From positions 99,487,164 to 99,551,163 of the forward strand of contig NC_083406.1 of the NCBI RefSeq assembly GCF_020745735.1: a stretch of DNA of 64,000 bases. Reading direction: 5' to 3'. Origin of the DNA: Hemiscyllium ocellatum. Its lineage: Eukaryota. The notes beneath the pieces are model-generated. The model worked only from the letters and a program-made list of their open reading frames with translations, had not been told where the DNA came from and did no database searches. This document shows positions 13,408-25,879 of the stretch, piece by piece (the first letter of the stretch is position 1; each line of letters begins with the position of its first letter). A program made the translations under genes and the position numbers.

Positions 13408-14535
13408 ATGAACCCTGTCTAAAACCTGGAGTGAAAATCAATATCCTTTGATAATTATGGACACTTCAATAAAATTTTGGCAGGCAATGGCTTTGGGGAA
13501 TATTATGGTAAAAATAGAACAGCGGTTCAATATTTTACAAGGTAAGCTTACCCAAAGAAATACAATCAGAAAAGGGTTCATATGTTACATCAGAAGTATT
13601 CTGAGTAATATCTAGTTTGAGAATAAAACTATTTACATATTCAGCTTATTATCCACAATTACAAGGAGTATTATAAAGATGGCATCAAACTTTAAAGGGT
13701 ACAATTAGAGGGCATCGTCAGGAATGTCATAATTATTGGGATAAAGGAATTCCATTGTTACTGTTTACCTTTAGGGATACCCTTAATGAGTCCACAAGAC
13801 TTTTGAACTGATATATGGACATGAGGTGAGAGGATCCCTCCAACTAATTAAAGAAAAACTTCAAACCAAAGCTCAGAGAAAATATTTGCAACTTTCATGG
13901 GAAATGTCCAAAAAAAAAACGAAAGCTTATAAACAGGCAATAAAGCATTTGAAAATGCTCATGAAAGGCGAAAATCAGTGCAGGGAAAAAATGTCCAAGC
14001 TTGGTGAAGACAAAGTGTTAGTATTGTTTCCTGTATCTGCAGAACAATTAAAGTCAAGTCTCACTGGACCTTATGAAATCAAAATGCAATACCAATAAGA
14101 AATTATCAAAACAGAATTAAAATGATGTGAATTATCTGGTGAGTACTCCAGTCAGGACAAAAACCAATGAATGCATCATGTTAATATATGATCAAACAAT
14201 GTTACAATGCCATGACAGGAAAGGTAATCAAAACATAAGTGTATTTATAGTGCTGAAAGAAATATGGAGTGAAATAAAAATATCAGAACAATTTGAAAGT
14301 GAATCAAAATTTGAAAATTCAAAAGTTGTCTCTCCAGTAATCAGACTAGTTAACTTGGCAGTGCTAAAAACATGAGATGGAATATTTCTGAGAAAATTAT
14401 TGGAGGTGACTTACAGAAGATACAAGACTCTTAAATTAATTTGTGTAATTAGGTTAAGAAAAACATGGCAATACAGAATGCTAACTTAGGGAATGGCTTG
14501 CCAAAAACTAACATTATTCCATATTTAACTCAGTG
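13408..14535 (+). mobile_element. Decayed Gypsy/Gmr1-like LTR retrotransposon pol fragment (integrase, possibly followed by the start of RT)
   Basis: Manual translation across frameshifts: SENQYPLIIMD, LPKEIQSEKGS, SAYYPQLQG..RWHQTLK, WDKGIPLLLF..RD, FELIYGHEVRG, DKVLVLFP...GPYEI (GPY/F motif), NYLVSTP. Confidence 0.8.
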
Positions 14536-14537
14536 AA

Positions 14538-14977
14538 CTGATGGAGTACAATGTTGGAAAGTGTGAGGTTGTGCACTTCAGTAGGAAGAATAGAGGCATG
14601 GACTATTTTCTAAATATGGAGAAAATTCACAAGTCTGAAGTGCCAAGAGATTTGGGAGTTCTAGTCCAGGATTCTCTCAAGGTAGATTTGCAGGTTGAGT
14701 CAGTAGTTAGGAAGGCAAATGCAATGATGGCAGTTATTTTGAGAGGACTTGAATATAAAAGCAGGAATGTACTTCTAAGTCTTTATAAAGCTCTGGTCAG
14801 ACCACATTTGGAGTATTGTATGTAGTTTTGGGCCCCATATCTCAGGAAGGATGTACTGGCTTTGGGCCGTGTTCGGAGGAGATTCATGAGAATGGTCCCA
14901 GGAATGAAAACCTTAACATTTGAGGAACGTTTGAGGATTCTGGATCTGTACTCAATGGAGTTTAGAAGAATGGGTGG

Positions 14978-15015
<38 letters not shown>

Positions 15016-15300
15016 GGTAGGCGTGGTGCGGGAGGGGTTATAATTGAAACTTACAGAATACTGAATGGCCTGGACAGAGTGGATGTTGGGAAGATGTTTC
15101 CATTGGTAGGAGAGACAAGGACCCAAGGGCATAGCCTTAGAGTAAAGGGAAGACCTTTTAGAATATGAGATAAGGAGAAACTCCTTCAGCCAGAGAGTGG
15201 TGAATCTATGGAATTCATTGCCTCAGAAGGCTGTGGAGGCCAGGTCATTGAGTATATTTAAAACTGTATATTTAATTCCATGGGCAAGTGGCATCAGAGG
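14538..15300 (+). mobile_element. CR1 LINE ORF2 C-terminal fragment (pseudogenised)
   Basis: KCEVVHF, RDLGVLV, LYKALVRPHLEYC, TRTQGHSL motifs; internal stops. Confidence 0.92.
14979..15014 (+). repeat. G36 homopolymer inside the CR1 fragment
   Basis: Counted directly; replaces the short G run of the RRMRGDL codons seen in the sibling copy at 30755. Confidence 0.85.
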
Positions 15301-16286
15301 GTAAGTGCAGTCACCTAATGTGTTATTCAGCCCAATAGAGCGATTGCTGCATGTGTCCCTCTGAGTCAGGAAAAGAGAAAACGCCAACAAATATTCCTGA
15401 AGTACCAACCTGCATGTGACACTTTGGTGGGAACACTGCTATTTACATTTACTGGCAAGCCTGAGTTAATAGCAATCTAAAGTTGTTCCATCCATATACT
15501 AATATGAAGCAATAGAAGGAATCTTGTGTTGCTTTTGAAATCAAGGAAAGCAGCGGACCTTAAGTTGCAAAAATTCAAGCTCCTGATGATAAGATGAGGG
15601 CGTGCAATAAAGATGTTAGAACTTTACAAGCAGGCAGGCCAAGTTTCCCAAAGGCCATTGTCAGAAAGCCCTTTTATATGTATTTGGATCTCATGAATGC
15701 ACATTAAAAGGCCAGCATACCAGCATCAAGTTCCCCTTCTGAATGAACTTCTCCAAGAATGTCTCCAGCAATATGGCTATATTTAAGAAGAAAGCAGCAA
15801 GAAGGTACTGCACTCGTTGGATTTCAGAGTGCATTGCTCAGAATGTTCATCCTCTTTGGAGAACATTTACCAAACAGGGGCATGATTGAGAATGGGCTTG
15901 AGTCAAGAAGGCTGGCCATCTGTCTGGGGAAGTGGGGTGGGGTGGTGGGGTGGGGGTGGATGCGAGAAATGAAGCAGATTGGCCAAGGAAGTGTGAAAGG
16001 GTCAGAATGTTTAGCTGACAGCGTAGAGAGCCTGAGTGATGTTCTTGGATTGCACTGAGTGAATGTCCATCTGAGTGCTCTTTAAGTTGGTGTCAGGACC
16101 CTCTGATTCTGAAAGGTAATGCCTGGGTGTCAACTGCCTGCCATTCAGCAAATTATTCCACATCCATATTCACTGAGAACTATATAACTGCATGAGCAAA
16201 ACCAAATTGACACTCATTTCCACAGCTCACACTGAATCGCGACTGCCGACCACAAGATTCTCACCACTCGGTGAAGCTTTTCTGAA

Positions 16287-16504
16287 AACTAGGAATATCA
16301 GAGTAACTGGGTATATCAGAGTAACTGGGGATGTCAGAGTAACTGGGTATATCAGAGCAACTGGGGATATCAGAGTAACTGGGGATATCAGGGTAACTGG
16401 GGATATCAGAGTAACTGGAGATGTCAGAACAACTGGAGATATCAGAGTAACTGGGTATATCAGGGTAACTGGGGATATCAGAGTAACTGGGGATGTCAGA
16501 GCAA
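16287..16504. repeat. 18-bp minisatellite, about 12 units (atatcagagtaactgggg)
   Basis: Tandem units read directly; gives (IRVTGD)n in ORF 16192-16719. Confidence 0.95.
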
Positions 16505-16687
16505 TAGCAAATGCAGCAAAGTCAGGCCTGGAAGGGCACATACCTGGGACAGATGCTGCCCAGTTTCTATCTTTTAATTTGTCTCTCCTCATGCATCCAC
16601 AGCTTCTCCTCCTCTCGACCCTGGAAGGCAACATGAGTTCCCAAAAAAAACCCTCATCCTACAATGCAGCAGCTGTTTCAAGCAGGG

Positions 16688-16790
16688 GAGATGAAGAGCC
16701 ATTGAGGCCGGAACATTAACTTGCTTTATCTCCATGGATGCTGCCTGACTCACTGTGATCGCCAGCATTTTTTGATTTCAGTACAGAACT
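16688..16790 (+). mobile_element. Decayed PLE 3' remnant
   Basis: gatgaagagcc...ggaacattaacttgctttatctccatggatgctgcctgac resembles the hammerhead-proximal PLE end. Confidence 0.5.
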
Positions 16791-16849
16791 CCTGAAATGG
16801 TAGGTGCAGATTGGTAGGGAAACGAAGGAACCATTCAGAGTAGAACGTG

Positions 16850-17970
16850 GTGTCATGATGACAGAGGAACCTTGAAGTATTTATTTTTAATTCTTAATTA
16901 CATATGCTTTTAAAAAAAATCATACATCCAAAAAGTGTATTGGATTTGAATTCAGTTGTTGTGTAGAGAGACAGAGACACCCTAGGCTATTACACTTGGT
17001 GAGATGCAAAAGAAATTTCAAAACAATGGACTTAAAAGGGAAAAGTGCACTACAAACTGCTCTGTAATCTCCTGGGAGTTACCTCAGACTGTAAACAAAA
17101 TAGGAGAAAAGACAGCAGTCTTGGAAAGATGTATGTTTTGTATCTTCTGCTTTTAAAAATATACAAGCACAGGCATTAAAAGCCACCTTGTGAGCCAATG
17201 GAAGAAGCTGGGCACTCAGGAAGAGGACTCATATACTAGTTAGCGTTCAAGTGCTTGTGAGCTGTGAAGGTCACAGATAAAGAACCATTCACTGTTCACC
17301 AGTGCATTTACGGTTAAGAACATCTGAATGAGCGCTGGAAGTCTGCTAGCCAGTGCTGTCTACCAGAAACTGTCAAAAGAAAACAGGATGAAAGCATTTC
17401 AACTAAGTTGCAAAGGAATTCTGATTGCTCAACTCTCAATATCCACTATTTAATTTCTCAACTGATCAGTATTTCTTTTAATTTTTATCTTTTTCTTTTG
17501 GAAGCATGTCTCATTTCTAATCTGTGCACGTGTGAGTTTCAATCCTTTTTCTTCTTGCACTTTGTAATGAATAAACACAGTCTTTGTTAACTCGAAGATA
17601 CCTCGCCAACTTGACTCCATTCAAAACATCATTTTATTTGTTCTGGGTGAACCTTATCCACAAAGTGGTGTCGATAGTAGTCACGATTTGGAGATGCCGG
17701 TATTAGACTGGGGGTACAAAGTTAAAAATCACACAGTGCCAGGTTATAGTCCAACAGGTTTAATTGGAAGCACTAGCTTTCAGAGCAGGGGTCCGATAGC
17801 CAGTGCTTCCAATTAAACCCGTTGGACTATAACCTGGTGTTGTGTGATTTCTAACATTATCCACAAAGGAGGTGACTCCTTTGTAAGTTAACCTTGTTGT
17901 AACCAACTGAGGCATTAGGTGAGTAATGAAGGGAAGCCAGTTCACCCCTCCTCACCTGGAAGCCGTCAGG
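16850..17970 (+). mobile_element. Possible solo LTR, interrupted by a PLE palindrome
   Basis: Starts tgtcatga, AATAAA near 17570, ends ...gccagttcacccctcctcacctggaagccgtca; no TSD confirmed. Confidence 0.3.
17682..17855. mobile_element. PLE family B palindromic insertion with ~38-nt tail and flanking duplication
   Basis: Tail 17682-17720; arms gttaaaaatcacac... / ...gtgtgatttctaac; ttatccacaaag at 17654-17665 and 17857-17868. Confidence 0.8.
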
Positions 17971-18334
17971 AATCATGATAAGCTGGTGAACTTTGCTTGG
18001 GAACTAGTTGGGACATTAGAAATGTATCAAAAGACAATAGTTAAAACTCAACACTTACACATCACTTGCAATACATCAATGTCAACACTGAGATTTATAG
18101 ATTTTTTTAGGTAAATGGGATCTGGAAGAAATCCAAGTTATTTGAATTGAGATACCAATGAAACAAGACTTAATGGGATGAGAGATTGTGTAGATGGGCT
18201 GAATAGACTATTTTATTTCCTACTGGGCCAATGAGAAGTGTGTGGCAGGAAATTTCCATCCTTGTAAACAGTTTTTGAAGCTTCACTGAGGACCTATTCA
18301 CTCCAGGAACTGAAATTGCCCTCACTCTGTGTTT

Positions 18335-20535
18335 CCTGTAAGGAATCCATTCCATTTTCCCATTTCTCTCTCTCCATTGCACCCGTTCTGATGATGCCAC
18401 CTGCTTTAGGGGTATTTTAAATATGGCACTCCTTTTCCCTGAACTGAGGACTCGCCCCTCCCCTTAAACAAACCCTGCCCCTTCATTGATAGGGCTGTCA
18501 GCCACATCTAAAGTATTTCTCGCACTCCTGCCCTCCCTCCCAAAACAACAATAGGATATCCCTCATTGTTTTGGAGAAGGGTCACTGAACCTGAAACATT
18601 AATTTTGCCTTTCTCTTGACAGATGGTGCCAGACCTGCTAAGTTTTTCCAGCAATTTCTGTTTTCATGTCTGATTTCCAGCATCCACAGTTCTTTTCGCT
18701 TTTTTGTTTGATCGTCATTTTAACTTGCCACTCCACCAGCCTCCACATTCAAGCGATTATCCTCTGCCATTTCTGCCACCACCGGCTGTGTGCTGTCATT
18801 AATCACATTTCCCCTCCCCAGTCAGCAGTAAACCAGGCCCATTTGCCATCCCCCATCCAACATCCCCCCCCATCTACCTACTCCATCATTACTCTAAACA
18901 CTTCATCACCTACCACCCCATGCACCTACCCAAGTAATGATAAAACATGCAGAGGAATACAGATAGGACAAGTGAGTAGACAAGAGTCTGGCGGATAGAG
19001 AACAATGTTGGTAAATGTGAGGTCATTCACTTTGGTAGAAATAACAGGACTACTATTTAAATGGTGATAAATTGCAACATGCTGCTGTGCTGAGGGACCT
19101 GGGTATCTTTGTGCATGAATCATGAAGAGTTGTTTTGCAGGTGCAGCAGGTAATTGAGAAGGCAAATGGAATATGGTCCTTCCTTCCAAGAGAGATGGAG
19201 TTTAAAAATAAGGAGGTTATATTCCAGCTGTGTAGGGTGCTGTGGAGGCCACACCTCGAACACTGTGTACAGATTTGGTCTCCTTACTTGAGAAAGGATA
19301 TACTGACACTGGAGGAGATGCAGAGGAGGTTCACTAGGTTGGTTCCAGAGTTGAGAGGGCTGGCTAGTGAGGAGAGATTGAGTAGACTGGGACAATACAC
19401 ATTGCAATTTAGAAGAATGAGGGGGGATCATATAGAAAACTATAAAATTATGAAGGGAATAGATAAGATAGAAGCACCGAGGTTGTTTCCACTGGTGGGT
19501 GAAACTAGAACTAAGGGGCATAGCATCAAAATAAGGAGGAAGCAGATTTAGGACCGAGTTAAGGAAGAATTTCTTCACCCAAAGGGTTGTGAATCTGTGG
19601 AATTCCCTGCCCAGTGAAGCAGGTGAGGCTACCACATTGAATATTTTTAAGGCAAATTTGGATAGAATTTTGAGCATTAAAAAGAATTAAGGATTATGGA
19701 GAGTGGTGGGTAAGTAGAACTGAGTCCATGAAAAGATCAGTTATTGAATGGGGGAAGAGGCTCGACAGGCCAGATGGCTTATTCCTGTTACTATTTTTTA
19801 TGTTCTTATGTCGCATTTGACCGACAACCACCTCCCTGTCACTGCCCAAAAATTACATTCCAGTTGAAACAGCAGTTTACAGGGTACTTCTACATTTTTC
19901 AACCTAGTCGACTTCATTCACTGCTCAAAATCAGTTTCCATTATATTGGTGAGCCTAAATGCAGACTATGTGACTGTCTTGTGGAACACCTCCATTCTGT
20001 GTGTAGGAATGATTCTGACATTCCATTTGCGTGCTATTTCAATAAACCATCTTGCTCTCATGCTCACCTTTCTGTTTTAGTTCTGCTGTAATGTTATAGT
20101 AATGCTCAACACTAGCTGGAAGAACAGTGTCTGAGTTGTCACTCAGGTACCTTATGCCCTTCAGAACTCAACATTGTGTTTGACAATTTCAGACAAGGAG
20201 TTTTTCTCCATTTGATTGGACAACCTCCCTGTCCAGCCTCCTAGTGTCTTGTTTGAAGGGGTTTGCTCTTAGCAGACATATTTTTGACTATTTACACCTA
20301 CCATGATCAATTATTCCTCATCTATAACTCTCCTCTCCTACCTTTGCCTTTTTCCTGGGCATTCTCCTCATCTGTTCCCCTCCTCAATTGTCAACAGCAT
20401 GAAGAAAACTTTATATTCCAGCCGTCTTCAGTTTGGAAGATGAAACATATTGACTCACAATACCTCTGTCTTGCTGCCAGAGCTGCTGAATTTCTCCAGT
20501 ACTTTTAGTTTTTAATTCCAAATCTCCAGAATCTT
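18335..20535 (+). mobile_element. Old PLE (RT thumb plus GIY-YIG remnant), split by a second PLE end (18572-18705) and a CR1 (18946-19811)
   Basis: Remnants ESIPFS..L....SDDAT, HSTSLHIQAIILCHF, FQLKQQFT, HYIGEPKCRLCDCLVEHL align by eye with the 309-aa ORF at 47705-48634. Confidence 0.8.
18946..19811 (+). mobile_element. CR1 LINE 3' fragment
   Basis: RPHLEHCVQIWSPYLRKD, RRMRGD, TRTKGHSIKI; ends in a ttatgttcttatg tail. Confidence 0.92.
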
Positions 20536-21141
20536 CAATGACTTTGCCTTATGGATACGTGCCTCCTACGCCTGGGAAAATAGGCCTGGAGGCTGCTGTT
20601 ACCTGGAAAATGATTGGAAAACTGAGCCTCAGCCATTTGATTGAGTCCCAGCTGACTTTTCACAGCAGCCTGAAGTTAACGAACTGCTGCAGGGTTCCAG
20701 GGTTTAGCAGCCAGTCCTCCTGCATGGCAAAGGTTGCTGTTCGAATGACAGCAGCAGCAGCAGAAAGTGAACCCTCTTATGCCATCCTTCACATTACTGA
20801 CAGAATGCCATGGTGGGGAGGAAGTGATGGGTATCCCACTCCCATCTGCCTCCACATCCATCTTCCCTCCTAATTTATCCCCACCCGCAGCTCCCAGCCT
20901 ACTCCTGTAGGCCACGTAGGATTCAGTCCAGAGAGTATACTGCATCCTGCGTACATTCATAGTTGGAAGTAAGTGGGTGAACCTCTATTCCCACTGTACT
21001 CACTGCACGTGTATAACTAGGTGCATAAGAAAGCAAAATCCCTCCTTTAATTGCTGTGTAAGCATGTTGCAGATGAAATTGTTCGAGATTAAATTATGGT
21101 AGACTAGAGGACACAGATAGCAGTACTTAAGAACATAAGAA

Positions 21142-22270
21142 TGGTATTGGGGGCAAAGCAATGACTTGGATTGAAAATTAGTTGGCTGATAGGAAACAAA
21201 GAGTAGTGATAGACAGCTCCCTTTCGGAATGGCAGGTGGTTACCAGTGGGGTACCTCAGGGATCAGTGCTGGGACCGCAGCTTTTTACAATATATATTAA
21301 TGATATAGAAGATGGTATTAATAGTAACATTAGCAAATTTGCTGATGATACAAAGCTGGGTGGCAGGGTGAAATGTGAGGAGGATGTGAGGAGATTACAG
21401 GGTGACCTAGACAGGTTAGGTGAGTGGACAGATGCATGGCAGATGCAGTTTAATGTGGATAAATGTATGGTTATCCACTTTGATTGCCAGAACAGGAAGG
21501 CAGATTACTATGTAAGTGGAGTCAAGTTATGTTAAAGGGGCAGTACAAAGAGATCTGGGTATTCTTGTACACCAGTCAATGAAGGCAAGCATGCAGGTAC
21601 AGCAGGTAGTGAAGAAAGCTAACAGCATGCTGGACTTCATAACAAGAAGGATTGAGTATAGAATCAAAGAGGTTCTTCTGCAGTTGTACTGGGCCCTGGT
21701 GAGACTACACCTGGAATATTGTGTGCAGTTCTGGTCGCCAAATTTGAGGAAAGACATTCTGGCTATTGAGGGAGTGCAGTGTAGGTTCATGAGGTCAAGT
21801 CCTGGAATGGTGGGACTATCTTATGTTGAAAGATTGGAGCGACTGGGCTTGTATACCCTTGAGTTTAGAAGACTGAGAGGGGATCTGATTGAGACGTATA
21901 AGATTATTAAAGGATTGGACACTCTGGAAGCAGGAAACATGTTTCCGCTGATGGGTGAGTCCCGAACGAGAGGACACAGCTTAAAAATAAGGGGCAGGCC
22001 ATTTAGGACAGAGATGAGGAGACACTTCTTCACCCAGAGAGTGGTGGGTGTGTAGAATGCTCTGCCCCAGAAGGTAGTGGAGGCCCAGTCTCTGAATTCG
22101 TTTAAGAAAGAATTGGATAGAGCTCTCAAGGATAGTGGAATCAAGGGTTATGGAGATAAGGCAGGAACAGGATACTGATTGAGGATTATCAGCCATGATC
22201 ATATTGAATGGTGGTGCAGGCTCGAAGGGCAGAATGGCCTACTCCTGCACCTATTGTCTATTGTCTATTA
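21142..22270 (+). mobile_element. CR1 LINE 5'-truncated copy (RT C-terminal half, frameshifted)
   Basis: SGVPQGSVLGP, YINDI, KFADDTKL, LEYCVQFWSP, TRGHSLK; (tattgtc)n tail. Confidence 0.95.
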
Positions 22271-22342
22271 AACTAGGAATAGGAATCCAATTATGGCTGA
22301 TCTCAATCCTGGTCTCAACCCCACTTTCCTATGGGCTCCCTA

Positions 22343-22660
22343 CAGCCATTTGGCTCAATGGTTAGCAGTGCTGTCTTATAGTGCAAGGGACCTGGGTTCA
22401 ATTCCAGCCTTAGGTAACTACCTCTGTAGGGTTTTCACTTTAATCCTATGTCTGCATGGGGGTGCTCTGATTTCCTCTCACCATCCAAAAATGTGCAGGT
22501 TAGGTAGACCGGTCATGTTAAATTGCCTGTAATATGCATGCTAGGTAGATTAACCATGGGATATGCAAGGTTACAAGGATAAGGTGGGTCACTCTTTAAA
22601 GGGTTTGTGTGGACTAGATGGACTGGATGGCCTGTTTCCACAATGTAGGGATTCTATGAT
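22343..22660 (+). mobile_element. HE1-type SINE, diverged
   Basis: tggctcaatggttagc A box, gggttcaattcc B box, tail gtagggattctatga. Confidence 0.85.
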
Positions 22661-22821
22661 CATAACTAATTAAACATCTGTCTATCTCCTCCTTAAATTT
22701 ACTCAAAGTTCTGGCATCACCACAATGTATGATTATGAATTCAACACATTCACAGCCCTTTGAGGGAAGCAATTTCTCTTCTGTTTGAAATCTGCTAACC
22801 CTGATCCAAAACTATGACCTC

Positions 22822-23720
22822 AGAGAGTCATAGATATGCACAGCACAGAAACTTGTCCATGCTGATCAGATACCCTAACGTAATCTAGTCCCATTTGACA
22901 GCACTTGGCCTATATCCTTCTAAACCCTTCCTATTCATATACCCATCCAGATACCTTTTATATTTTTTAGTTGTACCAGCCTCCACCACTTCCTCCGGCA
23001 GCTCATTCCATACCATTCGCTTCATGAAAAAGTTGCCCCTTCGGTCCCTTTTATATCTTTCTCCTCTCACTCTGAACCTATGCCCTCTAGTCTGGACTCC
23101 CCCCATCCCAGAGAAAAGACTTTGTCTATTTATCCTATCCATGTCCCTCATGATTTTATAAACCTCTATGAGTTCATCTCTCAGCCTCCAACGCTCCAAG
23201 GAAAACAGCCCCGGCCCATTCAGCCTCTCCCTATAGCTCAAATCCTCCAACCCTGGCAACATCCTTATGAATCTTTTCTGAACCATTTCAAGATTCACAG
23301 CATCCTTCTGATAGGAAGGAAACCAGAATTACATGCAACGTCCCAAAGGCGGCCTTACCACTTTTGTACCTGTACAGCTGCAACATTATCTCCCAATTCC
23401 TGTACTCAGTGCTCTGACCAACAAAGGAAAGCATACTAAACATCTTCTTCACTATCCTATGTACCTGCGACTCTACTTTTAGCGAACTATGAATGTACAC
23501 TCCAAGGTCTGTTTGTTCAGCAACATTCCCCAGGACCTTACCATGAGTGCATAAGTCCTGAAGAAGGGCTCATGCCCGAAACGTTGATTCTCCTGCTCTT
23601 TGGATGCTGCCTGACCTGCTGCGCTTTTGCAGCGACACATTTTCAGCCCTGCTCTAATTTACTTTTCCAAAATGAAGCATTTAACTAAATTAAACTTTAT
23701 CTGCCATTCCTCAGCCCATT
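22822..23720 (-). mobile_element. CR1/HER1-like LINE 3' fragment
   Basis: VQKRFIRMLPGL, LFSLERWRLR, TRGHRF motifs on the minus strand. Confidence 0.92.
23556..23647 (+). mobile_element. PLE family A single-arm insertion in CR1, with hammerhead core
   Basis: CTGAAGA-agggc-tcat-gccc-GAAA-cg-TT; ends at the internal cattttcagc boundary. Confidence 0.88.
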
Positions 23721-25023
23721 CTTTCTAGATGGAAACATTCTCTCTACTTCACATTAGTATCTTATATAGTATCTTTAATATCTTATTTACCTCAATTAGG
23801 GCTCCTCTCAGTCTTCTAGGTCCTAGAGAGCATAAGCCCAAACAGCTCAACCACTCTCTGTGAGACAAACTCCTCATCTCTCGAATCAAACTAGTTAACA
23901 TAATATAGAATAAATCAGGTAAGCCATTCGAGGTTAAATCAGAGTTTCAACTCTTTCAACTGAGCAAACGAGAGTCATTTTATTTTATTTTGCATTTCTT
24001 CATAATAATTTTCAAATTAGTTTGATATCATTTAGCTTTGTTAATCCAAAGCTGTATTCATTCTTGCCTTGATAATAGCAGTAATTAAGTTTGCAGCCAT
24101 TGTGCTGAATCATTGTCTTTGAGCTGAGTATTAACCTATAAGTTGTTGACAGGGCTGCAGTTATTGCTTAAAGGATCATCAACTGATGACACAGCTCCAG
24201 GCTTGTCAATTATTACAAACAAACTCATTCACCTGCATTCACATGGGGAGATTATTTTCCACCAACCCTGAGGTTGTTAAGGCAAACCTGCAAAAAGGAG
24301 AATGCACAATAATAAATAAGGTAATAATTAATACCCATTCCATATAGTTGCACATTCTGAACACTGTACACTGCATATAACAGGAAGTCAGACAGTACTG
24401 AGTCCAGACCAAATCTCAGTGTTCCTTTCAGTTCAGAAGATACTTGTTGATGAAAAAGAATGTTTGTCCCAATTGAATACATCCATCCACTACTCTTCTT
24501 TACACTGCATCTAAATGTTTCTTAAATTATCATATTTTTAAACTACTAACTTCAGCTTCCAACTCATTTAACATACTGTCAAGAACCCAAGTGCTGACAT
24601 ATTTTCAAGGTCCCGATATCCTAACGTCAGAAGGAAAGTACCATACTCCCAAAGAAGTCAGTGATCATCAGGGAAACTGATTCATATGCAACAACACACT
24701 TGATTTTCTTTTTGCTTTCCCATCTGAAATGGAATTATTTAGCAGTGGAATATGAAGGTAACTTGGCTAGGGATGTCCACTTTTGCATCTCTACTGCTGC
24801 ACTGTCCAGCTGGATCTACCTCTGTTTCCATCATAGACAAGCACACTGCCAGAGCCCAGACTGCTCTGTGATTTGGTGAACTGCTGCTACCAATATTAAC
24901 ACTAGAGTCTGCCAAGAGAATGGTGGTGGTGTATACCACAGCAGCAGAAGGAAGATCCTCTCGGGAGAATATCAGAGGCAACAGGTCTGTTGGAGGACTC
25001 ATCTCATACTCTTATATGCCTGA

Positions 25024-25158
25024 TGCTGAAGAAAGGTCACCAGGTTGAAATGCCATCTTTGTTTCTCTTTACAGAGTCATTCTGACATGGAGTATTTTTC
25101 CAGCCGCTTTTGTTTTATTTCAGATTTCCTGCATCTACAGTATTTTGCTTCTGTTTCA
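25024..25158 (+). mobile_element. Decayed PLE 3' remnant
   Basis: ctgaagaaaggtcaccaggttgaaatg...cagatttcctgcatctacag. Confidence 0.55.
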
Positions 25159-25879
25159 GTCCTTTCAGAGGTTGCTTGGCTCATGAAGAACATTGTCAAA
25201 CATTAATAAAGACAGTCATCTGGACTCCTATCCTTTTATCCATGCTGCCTCTTCCCTTTGCTGCTGCACAGCCAGCTAATTTCTGACTGGTAGCAGTGAG
25301 TTTCTGGAGGACTGAGGTAGCAGGACAGAGTCCAACTTTGATGCTGTCAGAAGTAGCTGAGTTGCTCCTGCAGAGAGCTGGAACAGACACAACAGACTGA
25401 ACGGTCTATTCCTGTGCTGTACACATTATTTGATTTTAAAAGCAAAATCAAATTCAGAGGTGGAGGAAAATTCAGAAGTGTCTTGATTGTGGGCATCCTG
25501 TAAGGTTGAGAACTCCAGTGAGCACTTATACCTGATTAACCTGATGCAACATGCACTGTAAAGTGCGAGCACGAGGACATCAGGATTAGACAGGATTGGT
25601 TTGGTTTTTATGGCTGAACACATTATTTGCATAATTGGCCAAGAAATGAATTGGCACTGTTCCCACTCTGCTGGTTTTATTGCACTATAAGCACAGTGAA
25701 AGTCCTGTCTACACATGTAAGTTGGAACATGGACAGCTCTAAACAATTTCCCAGACTTTGTCTGGATGCTTAGTTGGCTAGATCAGATATTGGAGGCCTG
25801 CAGGAGCACATAAACTATTCCCAGTACTTCAAGAGACAAAGAGATAAAATTTGGAAGTATCAGAATGAGTAAGTGGATT

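Larger units (their letters stand above)
21128..23900 (-). mobile_element. Older CR1 3' end hosting a nested cluster
   Basis: Pieces 21128-21141 (taagaacataagaa), 22271-22340, 22661-22821 and 23721-23900 join into one antisense CR1 3' region. Confidence 0.6.

Noticed and set aside
14974-15168. Poly-glycine ORF
   Set aside because: Product of the G homopolymer within a dead CR1
16287-16504. CRISPR-like array
   Set aside because: Contiguous tandem units with no unique spacers, in a vertebrate context
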